From a candidate division WWE3 bacterium (GTDB lineage Bacteria > Patescibacteriota > WWE3 > JAPLWK01), in assembly GCA_026396615.1 (NCBI GenBank), contig JAPLWK010000010.1, positions 48,348 through 112,347 of the forward strand: 64,000 nt of DNA, in the 5' to 3' direction. The notes beneath the pieces were generated by a model. The model had not been told where the DNA came from. It ran no database searches and was given only the letters and a program-made list of their open reading frames with translations. Numbering within the stretch: position 1 is the first letter of the stretch; each line of letters starts with the position of its first letter. The position numbers were made by a program, and so were the translations under genes. Shown here piece by piece: positions 1 through 11,154 of the stretch.

Positions 1-270
1 GAACCTTTTGGGATTGTGCTTTTGGAAGCGATGGCCTTGGGATGTCCTATTATCGCGTCTAATACCGGAGGTGTTCCCGATCTGGTCAAAAATGATAAGA
101 CGGGAGTGCTTTTTAAGACCGGAGATGTTACCGAACTGTCGTCAAAGCTAGTTGAGCTTATTTATGATGAATTGGAAATGAATCGGTATATTCAAAACGG
201 TTTAACTTTTACTCAAGATTTTGCTTGGAATAAAGTGGCAACTAAATATTTGGAAATCTATGGAAAATAA
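1..270 (+). CDS. GT4 glycosyltransferase, C-terminal part (5' truncated by window)
   Basis: Frame 1 reads EPFGIVLLEAMALGCPIIASNTGG, the GT4 EX7E motif. Confidence 0.9.
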   Translation, partial: EPFGIVLLEAMALGCPIIASNTGGVPDLVKNDKTGVLFKTGDVTELSSKLVELIYDELEMNRYIQNGLTFTQDFAWNKVATKYLEIYGK

Positions 271-1411
271 AAATCATACACCGGTCATCTCCCATCTAAT
301 CTCCGAATTCATGCAAAGCAAGCAGTCTTTTACGTATCGTCAATTTATTAATCACACTAAATACAAAGTCGTGGCTTTAAGTCGGTTTTATTTCAAGGGA
401 TCACGCGAGATTTTTCCGGTCGATGAATTACATTTTTTAACCAGTATTGGTCATATTTATGATTTCTGCGGCCGTTATTTTCCGAAACTACTAGATTTGG
501 CTTTTGATCATTTTTTAAAGTACTGGGTGGTAATTCGCCACATCGAACTTCTCCATATTCATTTTGGCACTTTGGGGGCCAAACTGGCGCATCTGCGCGA
601 TCAACTCAAGATTCCCTTCGTCGTCAGTTTTTACGGTTCCGATACCACATCTTACCCACTAAAACCAGAATGGCAGCCGCTGTACAAAGAGATGTTTGCC
701 AATGTTGACTGTTTTTTGATGCTTTCGGAAATTCCCCGGCAGCAATTAATAGCCTTTGGGGCGCCGGCTGATAAATGCTTGATTCTTCCGCCATCGGTTG
801 ACCTCTCGCACTTCACTTACAAAGAACGAGTGCCTTCAGATGAGATCAAGTTTTTAATTACGGCTCGTTTCGTGGAAAAGAAAGGTCATTTTATTTTACT
901 GGAAGCTTTTAAGAACGTCGTTACCAGCGGACGCCTAGTCAAACTGATGATCATAGGGCACGGTGATCTTTATGGAAAAATTAAAGATAAAATAGCGGCC
1001 GAAAATTTAGGGGACTTTGTGGAGTTAATTGACGTCACGGGAATTACCGATTTCCACAGTTTTATTTTGCCAAAATATCACGAAGCCGATGTCTTCGTTC
1101 TACCGTCAATCGTTGCCGCCGACAACGACCAAGAGGGGACACCGCTTACAATTCTGGAAGCTTCAGCGACCGGTCTTCCCATTATTAGCACCAACGTTGC
1201 CGGTGTTCCTGAAGTCGTTCGGGATGGCATCACCGGTTTCGTGATTCCTCAAAAAGACGTCACCGCATTAACCGAAAAAATGAACGAGCTTTACGATCAA
1301 CCTGAGGTCAGACTAGCCATGGGTAAAGCGGGCCATCAGTTTATGGTCGATAATTTCTCGACGACCAGTTTGCCAGAGAGACTCGATAAAATTTACTCTC
1401 GTCTTTTATGA
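260..1411 (+). CDS. GT4 glycosyltransferase (WcaL-like)
   Basis: HIHFG, ARFVEKKG and DQEGTPLTILEASATGLP motifs; likely start ATG 260 (MENKNH) rather than TTG 221. Confidence 0.88.
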   Translation: MENKNHTPVISHLISEFMQSKQSFTYRQFINHTKYKVVALSRFYFKGSREIFPVDELHFLTSIGHIYDFCGRYFPKLLDLAFDHFLKYWVVIRHIELLHIHFGTLGAKLAHLRDQLKIPFVVSFYGSDTTSYPLKPEWQPLYKEMFANVDCFLMLSEIPRQQLIAFGAPADKCLILPPSVDLSHFTYKERVPSDEIKFLITARFVEKKGHFILLEAFKNVVTSGRLVKLMIIGHGDLYGKIKDKIAAENLGDFVELIDVTGITDFHSFILPKYHEADVFVLPSIVAADNDQEGTPLTILEASATGLPIISTNVAGVPEVVRDGITGFVIPQKDVTALTEKMNELYDQPEVRLAMGKAGHQFMVDNFSTTSLPERLDKIYSRLL

Positions 1412-3015
1412 ACTTTTTTAAGAAAATTTCCGGAGAATCGTGGGCCGTGGCAGCCATTTTGGTAGCCTCTGCGGTGGTTCGGACCGTGTCTGCCTTTGTC
1501 GTATCGGGGGAGAGTGGGGGAGACTTTTACAACTACCTCTTAATGGGGAAGAGCCTCCTGGCGGGCGGCAGCATCTTCATCGAAAAGCGTTTACCGATTT
1601 ATGCTTTACTTCTCATTCCAGGGCATCTAGTAGGGCACCCACTGGGCTACGCGCGAGTTTTAGGGATCGTTCTGGCTATTTTAACCTTGTACTTTTTCTA
1701 CCGCTTGCTGAAGGATTTACGACTTCCCAGCATAGTTGTAGTAACGTCGTTAATCCTACTGAGCTTTCAACCCACCTTTTTCCTTTTTTCCATTCGGCCG
1801 CTTAGTCACACCCTATTTGATTTGGAAGTAATTATGAGCCTCTACCTTTTCGTCCATCTAACTACAGGCTTTGTTACTACCAAAAAAATCAATTATTTAT
1901 TGCTTGGTCTCTTTGGCCTAGTTTTGGGTATTATGTCAATGACTCGTCACGAAGGTTTCCTGGTCACCGCTGTTTTTCTAGTTTGTCTTTTTATTTTTTT
2001 CTTTTATCAGTATCGCCTTCGTGGTCTCCGAACCATTGCGTCGACCCTTTTCAAAGTTTTGACACTACCCGCATCAATTTTTATTTTGACGGTCTTACCG
2101 TGGTTTATTTCTAATTACCAGCGCTTCGGAAATTTTTTATACACTCAGTATCAGACCGATAACGGCCTTAATGTTGCGTATAATTTGACGTCGGTATTAG
2201 AGAACCTCAACAAAATGCGTCAGATTTTTATAGGGATCTGGAGTAGCTCGAGCATTTTACATTTAACCACAGAAATAATTCCAATTATTTTCATCTTAGT
2301 TTGGTTGACCTTCGGAATGCGACTCGTTAAGAAATCGATCGTCCTTGCAAGTGGGTTAATTATTTTAGGGGTACTCGCCTTTGTTTTTCGATGGCCGCTA
2401 AATTTAGGTTTTGTGGTCGCGGTACTAAGTATTGGATTGACGGCCATCGGTCTTTTTAGCTTGACGACAAAGATTAAATGGCAAATCGCACCGATTATAA
2501 TTATTTTCTTAACCCAGTTTGCTTTTTTGACTTTAGTGCAGCCTTGGTCACGTCACAGCCAACATCTGTTTTTTATCCCGATATTGCTTCTGTCTTTTGG
2601 ATTTTATAAACTAGTATCAACTTACCTAACTAAGGCGACAGCTGTTTGCTGTTTCATATTTGTTTTTCCAATAATACATTATTTTTTTCGGACAGATGTT
2701 CAGGTTGTAAAAGACTACAATACTTCTGGTCTTAAGAATCAACCGCTGTCGCAAACTTTAGTTGACTTTCAAAAATATCCTGATGGAGAGGTTCTAATTT
2801 CGACCGAGTTTAACGATAAGTTTAATAATGATTTGGCGATGGTTGAATATTATTTAGGATCTCGGATTACATACGACTGGAAAGTTTCGACCCGCTTCGT
2901 TTTAGACTATAATGATTCTACGGCATCGAGTCTTTTACCTAAAGAAACGTTAAGGCCGCTAGTACAAGAACAGACGGGCGATAATTGGGCTCAAATTTAT
3001 GAAGTCACTAAGTAA
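1408..3015 (+). CDS. GT-C (PMT_2/ArnT-like) membrane glycosyltransferase
   Basis: Polytopic; acidic first loop ESGGDF, EKRLP, TRHEG; paralog of 11135..12715. Confidence 0.75.
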   Translation: MNFFKKISGESWAVAAILVASAVVRTVSAFVVSGESGGDFYNYLLMGKSLLAGGSIFIEKRLPIYALLLIPGHLVGHPLGYARVLGIVLAILTLYFFYRLLKDLRLPSIVVVTSLILLSFQPTFFLFSIRPLSHTLFDLEVIMSLYLFVHLTTGFVTTKKINYLLLGLFGLVLGIMSMTRHEGFLVTAVFLVCLFIFFFYQYRLRGLRTIASTLFKVLTLPASIFILTVLPWFISNYQRFGNFLYTQYQTDNGLNVAYNLTSVLENLNKMRQIFIGIWSSSSILHLTTEIIPIIFILVWLTFGMRLVKKSIVLASGLIILGVLAFVFRWPLNLGFVVAVLSIGLTAIGLFSLTTKIKWQIAPIIIIFLTQFAFLTLVQPWSRHSQHLFFIPILLLSFGFYKLVSTYLTKATAVCCFIFVFPIIHYFFRTDVQVVKDYNTSGLKNQPLSQTLVDFQKYPDGEVLISTEFNDKFNNDLAMVEYYLGSRITYDWKVSTRFVLDYNDSTASSLLPKETLRPLVQEQTGDNWAQIYEVTK

Positions 3016-4513
3016 AAAACAGGAACTATTTTTAACGCTCATTGTCTTCGTGATCGCCGTCGCCATTGGCTTTTATCTTCGCTACGTGGCGGCAAGTACA
3101 CTGCCAATGATCAATGACGAAGGTTCTTACCTCTTCGATGCTTACCTTTTAGGTCAAGGTCATCTCCCCTTCCTGACATCCTTCTCGCGAGCGCCAGTCT
3201 TTATGATCCCACTGGCTTTATGGCTAAAGATTTTCGGCGTCAGTATTCTAAGCGGTCGTCTTTTTGCTGTGTTAGTAAGTTTGGGGTCTAGCGTAGTTTT
3301 ATATTTCTTAGGCAAAGAGTTAAAAGGTAAAGCTTTAGGAGTTGTGGCTTTTGTAATTTTTGCCACGATCTCGCCGGTTGCCATTCATGGAAGTTACGTG
3401 CTTACGGAAAATTTAGAAATATTTTTAGGACTACTGGGATCACTATTTTTAATTTACTCTCTTCGAACGCGGCCGTGGTTCCTATCGATTGCCTCTGGTG
3501 TTTGTTTTGGTTTAGCAATAGCGACTAGAGAAACGGCGGCGGTGTACCCATTATTTCTATGTATAGCAATCCTCGTTTTAAGATTTAGTAAACAAACGCT
3601 ACTGCGTTTAGCGCTTTGTGGGTTAGCCACCTTCGGAGTTTGGGCGGTAATGTGGGGTGGGATTGCCTCACAAGTGGGACTAGGCCATGTCGTAAAAAAT
3701 TTTCAAGCGATTTTAAAGATGCATAGTACTGGGGTTAAAGTTTCAACTGGCTTTGTAATTCGCGAGAAGCTGGGCGAAATCTGGTATCTAAAAATTGATT
3801 ATTTGATTTTTTACCTTTCTACTATTGCTTTTGCGATTTTGGCGGTCACTAAGAAGTGGTGGCGTAATAAGCAGATTTGGTTTCTACTAGCTATTGCTGG
3901 TGGTCCAATTCTATTCTACGGCGTTTATTACCAACGCATCCAGCCGGAATATTTCGCGAGCTTTATGCCTGGTTTTACTTTGATGATGGCGTATGTGGTT
4001 GTGGCTATTTATGAATGGCTAAAGACCCGGTCAGCATCTGTAGTAACATCGGTTGGCATCGCCGGCGTCATTATTTTCGGGATTACGAATCTACTTACTT
4101 TTACCTATCAACTTAAAAATAACCGCACTGGAACGTTTTATTTGCAGCCGATGGCAAATGTTGTCGCTTGGTTTCAAGTTAATACCCAGCCGACGGATGA
4201 GATTTTTACCGCGGCCGTCGGGATTCCTATGTTTAGCGGTCGCCACTTGGCACTAAATATTTCCCGGCCGGTAATCTATGGTTACCCGCACATTAAATCG
4301 GATATTAAATATGCCTTGTTCCCCACTCCACAGGCGATTATGGATTATTTAACGGTGAATCAAACTAAGTATTACATTGTGGAAAAAGCAACCAGAGATA
4401 GTTTTTACAACGGGCATTCAGAATTAAAGCAGTTTCTAGAAAGTAACTTTAAGCACTTAAAGACTTTTCCTAATCCTACTAATCCGATTGAAGTTTGGAT
4501 TCGGAACCCCTAA
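2999..4513 (+). CDS. GT-C (PMT_2/ArnT-like) membrane glycosyltransferase
   Basis: INDEG first-loop motif, multiple TM helices, soluble C-terminal domain. Confidence 0.8.
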   Translation: MKSLSKKQELFLTLIVFVIAVAIGFYLRYVAASTLPMINDEGSYLFDAYLLGQGHLPFLTSFSRAPVFMIPLALWLKIFGVSILSGRLFAVLVSLGSSVVLYFLGKELKGKALGVVAFVIFATISPVAIHGSYVLTENLEIFLGLLGSLFLIYSLRTRPWFLSIASGVCFGLAIATRETAAVYPLFLCIAILVLRFSKQTLLRLALCGLATFGVWAVMWGGIASQVGLGHVVKNFQAILKMHSTGVKVSTGFVIREKLGEIWYLKIDYLIFYLSTIAFAILAVTKKWWRNKQIWFLLAIAGGPILFYGVYYQRIQPEYFASFMPGFTLMMAYVVVAIYEWLKTRSASVVTSVGIAGVIIFGITNLLTFTYQLKNNRTGTFYLQPMANVVAWFQVNTQPTDEIFTAAVGIPMFSGRHLALNISRPVIYGYPHIKSDIKYALFPTPQAIMDYLTVNQTKYYIVEKATRDSFYNGHSELKQFLESNFKHLKTFPNPTNPIEVWIRNP

Positions 4514-4899
4514 GGGGCCCCTTTGGGGCGGTGCCTCTGTTTAAAAATAAAATAAGTTGCTCCAAATAAAGATCCCCAACCAATCAGCCACATAATCGCT
4601 GGTACCCCTTTAATTAGGAAAGTGTTTATTAGTCGTTGTATAAACAGGTGAGTATCGGGGTTAATTACAACTGTCTCGACTGTTTGTTTTAGCAGCGGTT
4701 CCATGATGTGCTTGTTGTATTCAAATTTTATAGCTAAAGTCGCAAAGCCAATCAGATAGACCGCGGCGATGCGCTTAAGCTTGAAAACCAAAACCCCTAG
4801 AGAAATAATTGCCCCAGCCACATAAACAAAAACCAGGCCATTGTGCGCAAAAAGCTGGAAGAATCCAATAATGACATTGTGTTTAAGGTCTTGGTACAT
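4510..4899 (-). CDS. Small hypothetical membrane protein (3 TM)
   Basis: 129-aa hydrophobic ORF overlapping the end of the upstream YfhO-like gene. Confidence 0.7.
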   Translation of the reverse strand: MYQDLKHNVIIGFFQLFAHNGLVFVYVAGAIISLGVLVFKLKRIAAVYLIGFATLAIKFEYNKHIMEPLLKQTVETVVINPDTHLFIQRLINTFLIKGVPAIMWLIGWGSLFGATYFIFKQRHRPKGAP

Positions 4900-7237
4900 G
4901 CCCTGATTTTATCATTAATGTGACCGTGGTGAACAAAAGCGCTAAAAATGAGATCACTAAACCATCGTAAATAAATGGATTCCAATATCTTATTACCAAA
5001 GTACCGGGTTGGTTTATCGTAACTGACATGAAAGCACCGTTTTGGGCAATTTTTATAGGCATATTATTAAGTGTGGCTTGGAAGTAAGGGCTGTAAGTCT
5101 TACTTATTAGAATTTGGCCTTTCCCAGTGGGAACTTTTAGGGTAGTAACAAGTGGTGAGCTTTTTGTAACTTGCGCTGTTTGGTAATTAGTTAAAGGCTC
5201 CTCATTTGGTACAAACGCGAATTCTGAAACAAACTTGGGATTTTTATAAATTTTAACCAAATGATCCCAAGGTATTAGGTTTGATTGATTAAAATAGACC
5301 GTGAGCTCCCGATGCTGATTTTCCACTAAGGTTTGAAAATTCCCAACATTGCCTTTGGCAAGTTCCTGGCACAAATTATTATCTTCATCTCGGCACTCAT
5401 TCGTAAAAGCAATCAGCGGGGCACCAATTAATGACCAACTCGGTTCGGAATTAAACTTATTTAAGCAATTTTCTAAAAGTGGGTTACAATTCAGGCTATT
5501 GTCTAAGGCATTTTGGGTGTCTGTCGTCCAACTAGCCCCAAAATAATAGGGGTCATCACCAAATATGGGGGTGTTATTTAAAAAAGTCGCGTACGGCGGG
5601 GCTACGGCGATCCAATTGCGATTATAATGTGGAAAATAGATCCGACCGCCTGTTTGATCTAGTAAACCTTTAATTTTTCCTAAGTACGAAAAATCGGCTA
5701 GTTCTTGTTTGTAGTTAAATAGTAAAAATCCAAAACTGTAACTTTTTGTTCCAAAGGTGGCCGGTCCCCACAGTATTTCCACGAAAACCAGCAGCGAAAT
5801 TGTTAAAGCGCAAAAATAAATTAATAACTTACCGTTTAGAAATCTTTTTAGAGTTCTAAAAACGGCCACAAATCCAACGATCCCAATAATTACTGGAATA
5901 ACGCGGAAAGCTAGGTTGATAACTCGGTTGACGTCAATAAGTCGACCAATAATATTTTCTTGGAAAAAGAAGGCTATGAGCCAAGCCACAACTGGGATAA
6001 GCGTTAATATCGGTTTTTTAGTTAGAATTAATTGGGCTCCTTTAACAATTAGAAAAACATTAGCAATTACCAGGAGCGCTAGGGTTGATGGGATAACGGT
6101 GAAGCGGTTAAAGATCGGTGCTGTAACAAGGAGGTTTGAAATGGGGCTGTCAACCGTCAGTATGATCCCAAGGATTAGTACTCCCAGAAAAGCTTTCTCG
6201 ATTGGCTCAATTGGCCTCTTTTTGACTATTTTGAAAGCTAGCCAGCTTAATCCAAAAAGTAGCAAGATAAAACCGATTAGCCCTGGAGTAAATATTCCCG
6301 TTAGCCTTTGGTCGGGAATGATTGGTAAGTAGTAAACGAGAAATTGTTTTAAAGTTAGATGATTTATCCGGCTTCCAATAACGGTGGAGGTGAGGCGACT
6401 TGAGCCGTTCACAGCCATTAGGCCTACCACTGGCAGTAATTTAACGGCGTAGATTAGCCCAGCCAAGATTCCGGAAAGCGCTAACCACCCTAAGTACTTG
6501 ATTTTGCTTTGAGTGGAGATTGTGTAAACAATAGCAAAAACTGCCAGGCCGATTAAGATGAAAAACGCAGTATTCGGGGAGCCTTCGAATAGAAAGGCTG
6601 TTGGAATAGCCAGAAGGCACAAGTATTTCTTCTCTTTTGTTTGAAAATAGGACCAGGTGAACAAGAAAATTAGTGGTAACCACTTCAACGAGAATAGGTA
6701 CTCAGTGCCGGCACCTTCTGATAGTCGATTAGTAACATAGCCATTGAACATGTAACAAATTCCGCCAATTGTTGCCAGCTCCTTTGATTTAAAAATTCTG
6801 TAAAATAAAAAGAAGGAAAAAAGTCCACAAAGAAATATTTCGATGACGAGTTTAATGTTAAATCCCAAATAGGCGTTATTTAGAAATCAAAGTAGAATTG
6901 TTGGAGAGAAGTATGGGGACAGAGGGTGGGCGAAAATATCAAAACCACCTTCAAAGAGGGTGTTCCAAATCGGAGGCTCTCGAAACTGCAAAATAGTCTT
7001 GCCGAAATATTGGAAGAACGGCAGATTTAAGTGATTGGCATCGGCTTGAGCAATGGCCATTCCGTTAAGAAGCAGCTTACGCATTAAAAAGCCTACTAAA
7101 CCTAAAAACCCTATAAAAATATACCAATTTTCGAAAATGTCTTTTTTGAATTCTTTTAAAATTAGCAGAAAATAAACTAATGGTGCTGTAATTATAAAAA
7201 TAATGAGGAGCCAGTTCCCAAAATCGTAAAAATTCAT
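4883..7237 (-). pseudogene. YfhO-like GT-C membrane protein interrupted by one in-frame TGA (6887-6889)
   Basis: ORFs 6887..7258 and 4883..6868 share a frame: ...PYFSPTILL*FLNNAYLGFNIKLV...; colinear with the intact paralog at 32587..34620; likely start ATG 7237. Confidence 0.8.
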
Positions 7238-7313
7238 AGCCGTAATAATACTTGCCAAGTTTAACCTTCTTGATATCAGCTCGCAACTATCGTTGTCACT
7301 CTGACCAAGAAGT

Positions 7314-7322
7314 TGTTAGAAT
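7314..7322 (+). promoter_or_regulatory. Extended -10 (TGtTAGAAT) 6 nt upstream of the GTG start; probable leaderless promoter
   Basis: Sequence TGT TAGAAT GGTCAC GTG; no SD. Confidence 0.55.
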
Positions 7323-7328
7323 GGTCAC

Positions 7329-8909
7329 GTGCCGAAGCTTAAAACGTCGAAATGGCCGTTATCCTTACTACTTGTTGGTTTGTTTGTGTTAACGGTAGCT
7401 ATCAGGATTCCAGTTTTACGATCGGTTGGGGAGACGTGGGACGAATACGCGGTGGTTTACTACGGCGAAACTTATTACTCAGCCTTTAAAAATCTTGATT
7501 TTAGCGTGAGCTCCTGGGAACAAAATTACGAACATCCGCCGGTGGCGAAGTATATTTATGGATTAAGTCGACAAGTTACAAAAAAGATTCCGTTTATCAA
7601 AGCTTTGGATAGTGAGTATCATAGCGATAAAGAATACACATTACCTAGGGTTGTGTCAGCGATCTTTGGTGGGCTTACGGTTGTTTTAGTCTTTTTGATA
7701 GGGTCAACTTTGTTTAATCGCAAGATTGGACTAGCGTCGTCGTTAATCCTAAGCGTTCTTCCTCATTTCATTGCGTACACTTCAATTGCATCACTGGAGT
7801 CTATCTTCATCTTTTTCACGACTTTCTTTATTTATTGCCTTATTAAAGCTTTGAAATCAAATAATTGGCGTTGGCATCTGGCCACCGTCATCGCCTTGAC
7901 GTTATCCTTCGCAACTCGTTTCAATGGCACTTTTTTTGTGGCCCTTTACGCTGTCATTATTGTTTTCTTCTATCGTCAGCAACTGCTAAAACTTAAGTTT
8001 AAAGAAATCCCATGGCCGGTTTTATTGTCTCCGATTATTTTCTTAGGTCTATTTTTTGCATTGTGGCCGTGGTTGTGGATCACACCATTTAACATTATTA
8101 AAACTTTTCAACATTCCTCTGGTGGGCATACCGGTGAGTATTTTTTGGGAAGTTTAGGCCAGCCTGGTTGGTATTACTACATTGTCTATTTCCTAGTAAC
8201 GACACCCGAAGTAATGTTAGTTTTATTTGGTATTTTTATATACACACTGATTAGGAAGTTGGCGAGTTGGAAGTTAGAGGTTGGAATTAGAAGTTGGAAA
8301 TATTTCCTACTACTCGCTTGGTTTCTGACGCCATTCCTGGCTTCGTTCGTGGCTTTTAAGCAAAACGGCATTCGTTACGCCGTTTATTTTATGCCAGCGC
8401 TAGCCTTGATGTCTGGAGTAGCTTTAATAAAACTGTTAGACGCCGTCAAAAAATCGATTTATAAAATTATGGTCGCTGTGATTGCGATGGTTGGCTTGTT
8501 ATATCCGGTTGTTTTGTTTTATCCTTACTATCTCGACTACTACAACTTGGCTTCCGGCGGCCCGAAAGCGGCTTATGAAAATCGATCCTTTGTTATCAGT
8601 TGGTGGGGAGAAGGAGGACTAGCCGCGGTAAGATATATTAATCAGAATGCGCCTCGTGGTGCCGTGGTTCGAACGCTTTTTACACCGGCTCACACTTTAA
8701 TTAAGTTTAGGGATGATTTAGCAATTCATAACGGTTACGATCCTTTAGGACATGACGATTATATATTGACTAATACTTATTACGATTGGTATGGAAATCC
8801 TAAGAATCTAGTAGACTTAAAGAACTATAAAGTAGTGTATGGGATGGCTACTCCCAATTGGTCGCTATTTTCGGCACCACTAGTTCGAGTTTATAAAAGA
8901 GTTATATGA
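7329..8909 (+). CDS. GT-C (PMT_2-like) membrane glycosyltransferase
   Basis: TWDEY, EHPP, YYN..GG and WWGEG motifs; paralog of 26814 and 36989. Confidence 0.82.
   Translation: MPKLKTSKWPLSLLLVGLFVLTVAIRIPVLRSVGETWDEYAVVYYGETYYSAFKNLDFSVSSWEQNYEHPPVAKYIYGLSRQVTKKIPFIKALDSEYHSDKEYTLPRVVSAIFGGLTVVLVFLIGSTLFNRKIGLASSLILSVLPHFIAYTSIASLESIFIFFTTFFIYCLIKALKSNNWRWHLATVIALTLSFATRFNGTFFVALYAVIIVFFYRQQLLKLKFKEIPWPVLLSPIIFLGLFFALWPWLWITPFNIIKTFQHSSGGHTGEYFLGSLGQPGWYYYIVYFLVTTPEVMLVLFGIFIYTLIRKLASWKLEVGIRSWKYFLLLAWFLTPFLASFVAFKQNGIRYAVYFMPALALMSGVALIKLLDAVKKSIYKIMVAVIAMVGLLYPVVLFYPYYLDYYNLASGGPKAAYENRSFVISWWGEGGLAAVRYINQNAPRGAVVRTLFTPAHTLIKFRDDLAIHNGYDPLGHDDYILTNTYYDWYGNPKNLVDLKNYKVVYGMATPNWSLFSAPLVRVYKRVI
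8254..8299 (+). repeat. In-frame degenerate heptamer tandem repeat (RGAAGTT)n inside a CDS
   Basis: ggaagtt ggcgagtt ggaagtt agaggtt ggaatt agaagtt ggaa. Confidence 0.6.
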
Positions 8910-10033
8910 GAATCGCGATTTTTATTAAGAACACAATTTATCACGGAAAATACGGGGGACTAGAAACGCAAAATGAGAACTTGGTTCAGGGTTTGCGTGA
9001 GGCTGGTCATGACGTCATTGTCTTCGCACCGGCTTCAGAATTGTCAGTTTCTGGATACATATTCGTACCTAGGACAACACCTGGGAAGTACGACGAAGCG
9101 TGGTGGCAAAAGAGTTTAGCCGCTTTTGAATCACTTCATGCCGTCAAACCATTTGATATTGTTATTTCCCAAAGTGCAGCTGGGGCAGAAATTATTAAAA
9201 ATAAAGAGCGACTTCATGTTAAAACAATAGTCGTCGCGCATGGTACTATTTGGGGCGAGGTCAAAACCGTACTTAGAAAAACCAAATCTTTTAAAGATAT
9301 TTATTTTGCTTTTAAGGCAGTGGCGTTTGGATTGAAAACTTACTCTGGACTCGATAGGAAGTATTTATTAAGTGCTGACCATATCATCGCCGTTTCTCAA
9401 GCAGTTAAAAAAGCTTTGACTCAGGAGTTCCCGTTAAGAAACGATCACATAACCGTAATTTCTAATGGGATTGATATTTATAAATATATTATCGCTGATG
9501 AAACTAAAGTGCCAGTTAATTTTTTGTATTTAGGGCGTCTGGAGAAAGAAAAAGGGTTAGAATTACTACTCATGGCTTTTAAGAACGTCCTTGAAAAAGA
9601 GCCGACGGCAACTTTAACTATTGTTGGTAGCGGCCCTTTTAAACTGCAGGCTTCAGATTCAATCACTATCCTGGGTGCAGTTGACTACAAAGACGTGCCT
9701 CGGATTCTCGCTTCGGCTTCAGTTTTTGTACTACCGACTTTGCGTCACGAGGGGCTACCTATGACTTTAGTGGAAGCAGCGGCCTCTGGTCTTCCGCTGG
9801 TCGCTTCGGATATGGGAGGTATCAAAGAGATAGTCAGAGACGGAGTTAATGGCTTTCTGTTAAAATCTGGTGACGCTTCCGTGCTTTCGGAAACATTGGT
9901 TAAACTCGCAAAGGATCCAGAATTACGTCATACGCTGGGGCAGGCGTCACGCCAAATTGCCGAAGCCGAGTTTTCATTGGAAATAATGATTATAAACTAT
10001 ATAAAGGTTATAAAATTTATATGCGGATCCTAA
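8906..10033 (+). CDS. GT4 glycosyltransferase
   Basis: GGLE, NGID, GRLEKEKG and EGLPMTLVEA motifs. Confidence 0.9.
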   Translation: MRIAIFIKNTIYHGKYGGLETQNENLVQGLREAGHDVIVFAPASELSVSGYIFVPRTTPGKYDEAWWQKSLAAFESLHAVKPFDIVISQSAAGAEIIKNKERLHVKTIVVAHGTIWGEVKTVLRKTKSFKDIYFAFKAVAFGLKTYSGLDRKYLLSADHIIAVSQAVKKALTQEFPLRNDHITVISNGIDIYKYIIADETKVPVNFLYLGRLEKEKGLELLLMAFKNVLEKEPTATLTIVGSGPFKLQASDSITILGAVDYKDVPRILASASVFVLPTLRHEGLPMTLVEAAASGLPLVASDMGGIKEIVRDGVNGFLLKSGDASVLSETLVKLAKDPELRHTLGQASRQIAEAEFSLEIMIINYIKVIKFICGS

Positions 10034-11154
10034 GAATAATTTATGATTGGCCGCCGCCGTGGGATGGACTCGCTCCGGCCCCTTTTGCTTTTACTAAAGC
10101 TCAGTCAGCTTTGGGAAATGAAATCCATGTGATTTGTGGTGGTGGTTCGTTACTGTTTAAAAAGCGGGAAGCTGCGTCGCTCCCAGGTGTTAAAGTTACC
10201 CGTCTCCCCAGGACTTTACCACTAGTCGGTCCGTTTTTTACAACGGCGGTGCTGGTCCCTTTTGCCTATTTTTATCAGAAGCTAACCTGGAAACCGGAGG
10301 TAATTCATGGTCACGGTCACGTAAATCTTTGGCTGAATGTCTATAAATATTTCTTTGGTTGGTTAGACAAGACTCCGTATGTACTTCATTTTCACAATAC
10401 CGCTGCCGGTCGGGAACTAAACACTCACAAAAGTGTCCCGTTTTTTACGAGATACGTGGAGTGGCCACTTCATAAACTTTCTGATTGGCTGGGAACAAGG
10501 GTGGCCGATAAATTAGTTTTTGTCTCCAGCGAAACAGCCGAGGAGGCCAAGAATCTATATGGCGCGGATCCGGCGAAGGTTATCGTGTTAGAAAATGGTG
10601 TCGATTGCGAGTTATTTAATCCAAGTGGACAAAAAACTGCTGTCTTTCCCTCAGGGAAGACTTTACTTTATCAAGGATCCTTAAAGTCTCGAAAGAGAGT
10701 TGACGTTTTAATAAAATCTTTGGCGCTTCTTCCAAGTAATATTAATTTGGCGCTTATTGGCCCGGATACTGAACCAAACCTCCATCAAATTGTTGTTGAT
10801 TTAAAACTTGAAAAGCGCGTTAAATTTTTAGGGTACTTGCAGAATTCCGAAACTCCTCAGTATTTTCGGTCTTCAACTTTGTTTGTAATTCCTTCCAGCT
10901 ATGAGGGTTTTCCGAAAGTAGTCCTCGAGAGCCTAGCCTGTGGCCTTCCGGTTCTCGCTTCCGGATTTAAAGTTGAGCCACCAGTTGGAGGCATGAGCAT
11001 TAAAGAATTTAGTGACGAAGTCGCCTTGGCCGCGAGTATTGGCGAAACACTAATGAACTTACCAGCGGTCGACGTTACAGCCATAAAAACCAGATTTGAT
11101 TGGTCAGTTCTAGCAGCTCGTCTGCAGGTAATATATGAAAGCATGGCTCACTAA
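10021..11154 (+). CDS. GT4 glycosyltransferase
   Basis: NGVD and EGFPKVVLES motifs. Confidence 0.9.
   Translation: MRILRIIYDWPPPWDGLAPAPFAFTKAQSALGNEIHVICGGGSLLFKKREAASLPGVKVTRLPRTLPLVGPFFTTAVLVPFAYFYQKLTWKPEVIHGHGHVNLWLNVYKYFFGWLDKTPYVLHFHNTAAGRELNTHKSVPFFTRYVEWPLHKLSDWLGTRVADKLVFVSSETAEEAKNLYGADPAKVIVLENGVDCELFNPSGQKTAVFPSGKTLLYQGSLKSRKRVDVLIKSLALLPSNINLALIGPDTEPNLHQIVVDLKLEKRVKFLGYLQNSETPQYFRSSTLFVIPSSYEGFPKVVLESLACGLPVLASGFKVEPPVGGMSIKEFSDEVALAASIGETLMNLPAVDVTAIKTRFDWSVLAARLQVIYESMAH

Noticed and set aside
4506-4530. CCCCTAAGGGGCCCCTTTGGGG palindromic patch at a convergent gene junction
   Set aside because: The stems are short with no U-tract and the patch is largely coding; too weak to call a terminator.
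6887-6889. UGA recoding (genetic code 25/4) or selenocysteine to explain the in-frame TGA
   Set aside because: TGA ends many genes here in ATGA overlaps (1411, 8909, 21679, 42802, 55631), long genes have no internal TGA, the site is in a hydrophobic segment, and I see no SECIS-like hairpin after it.
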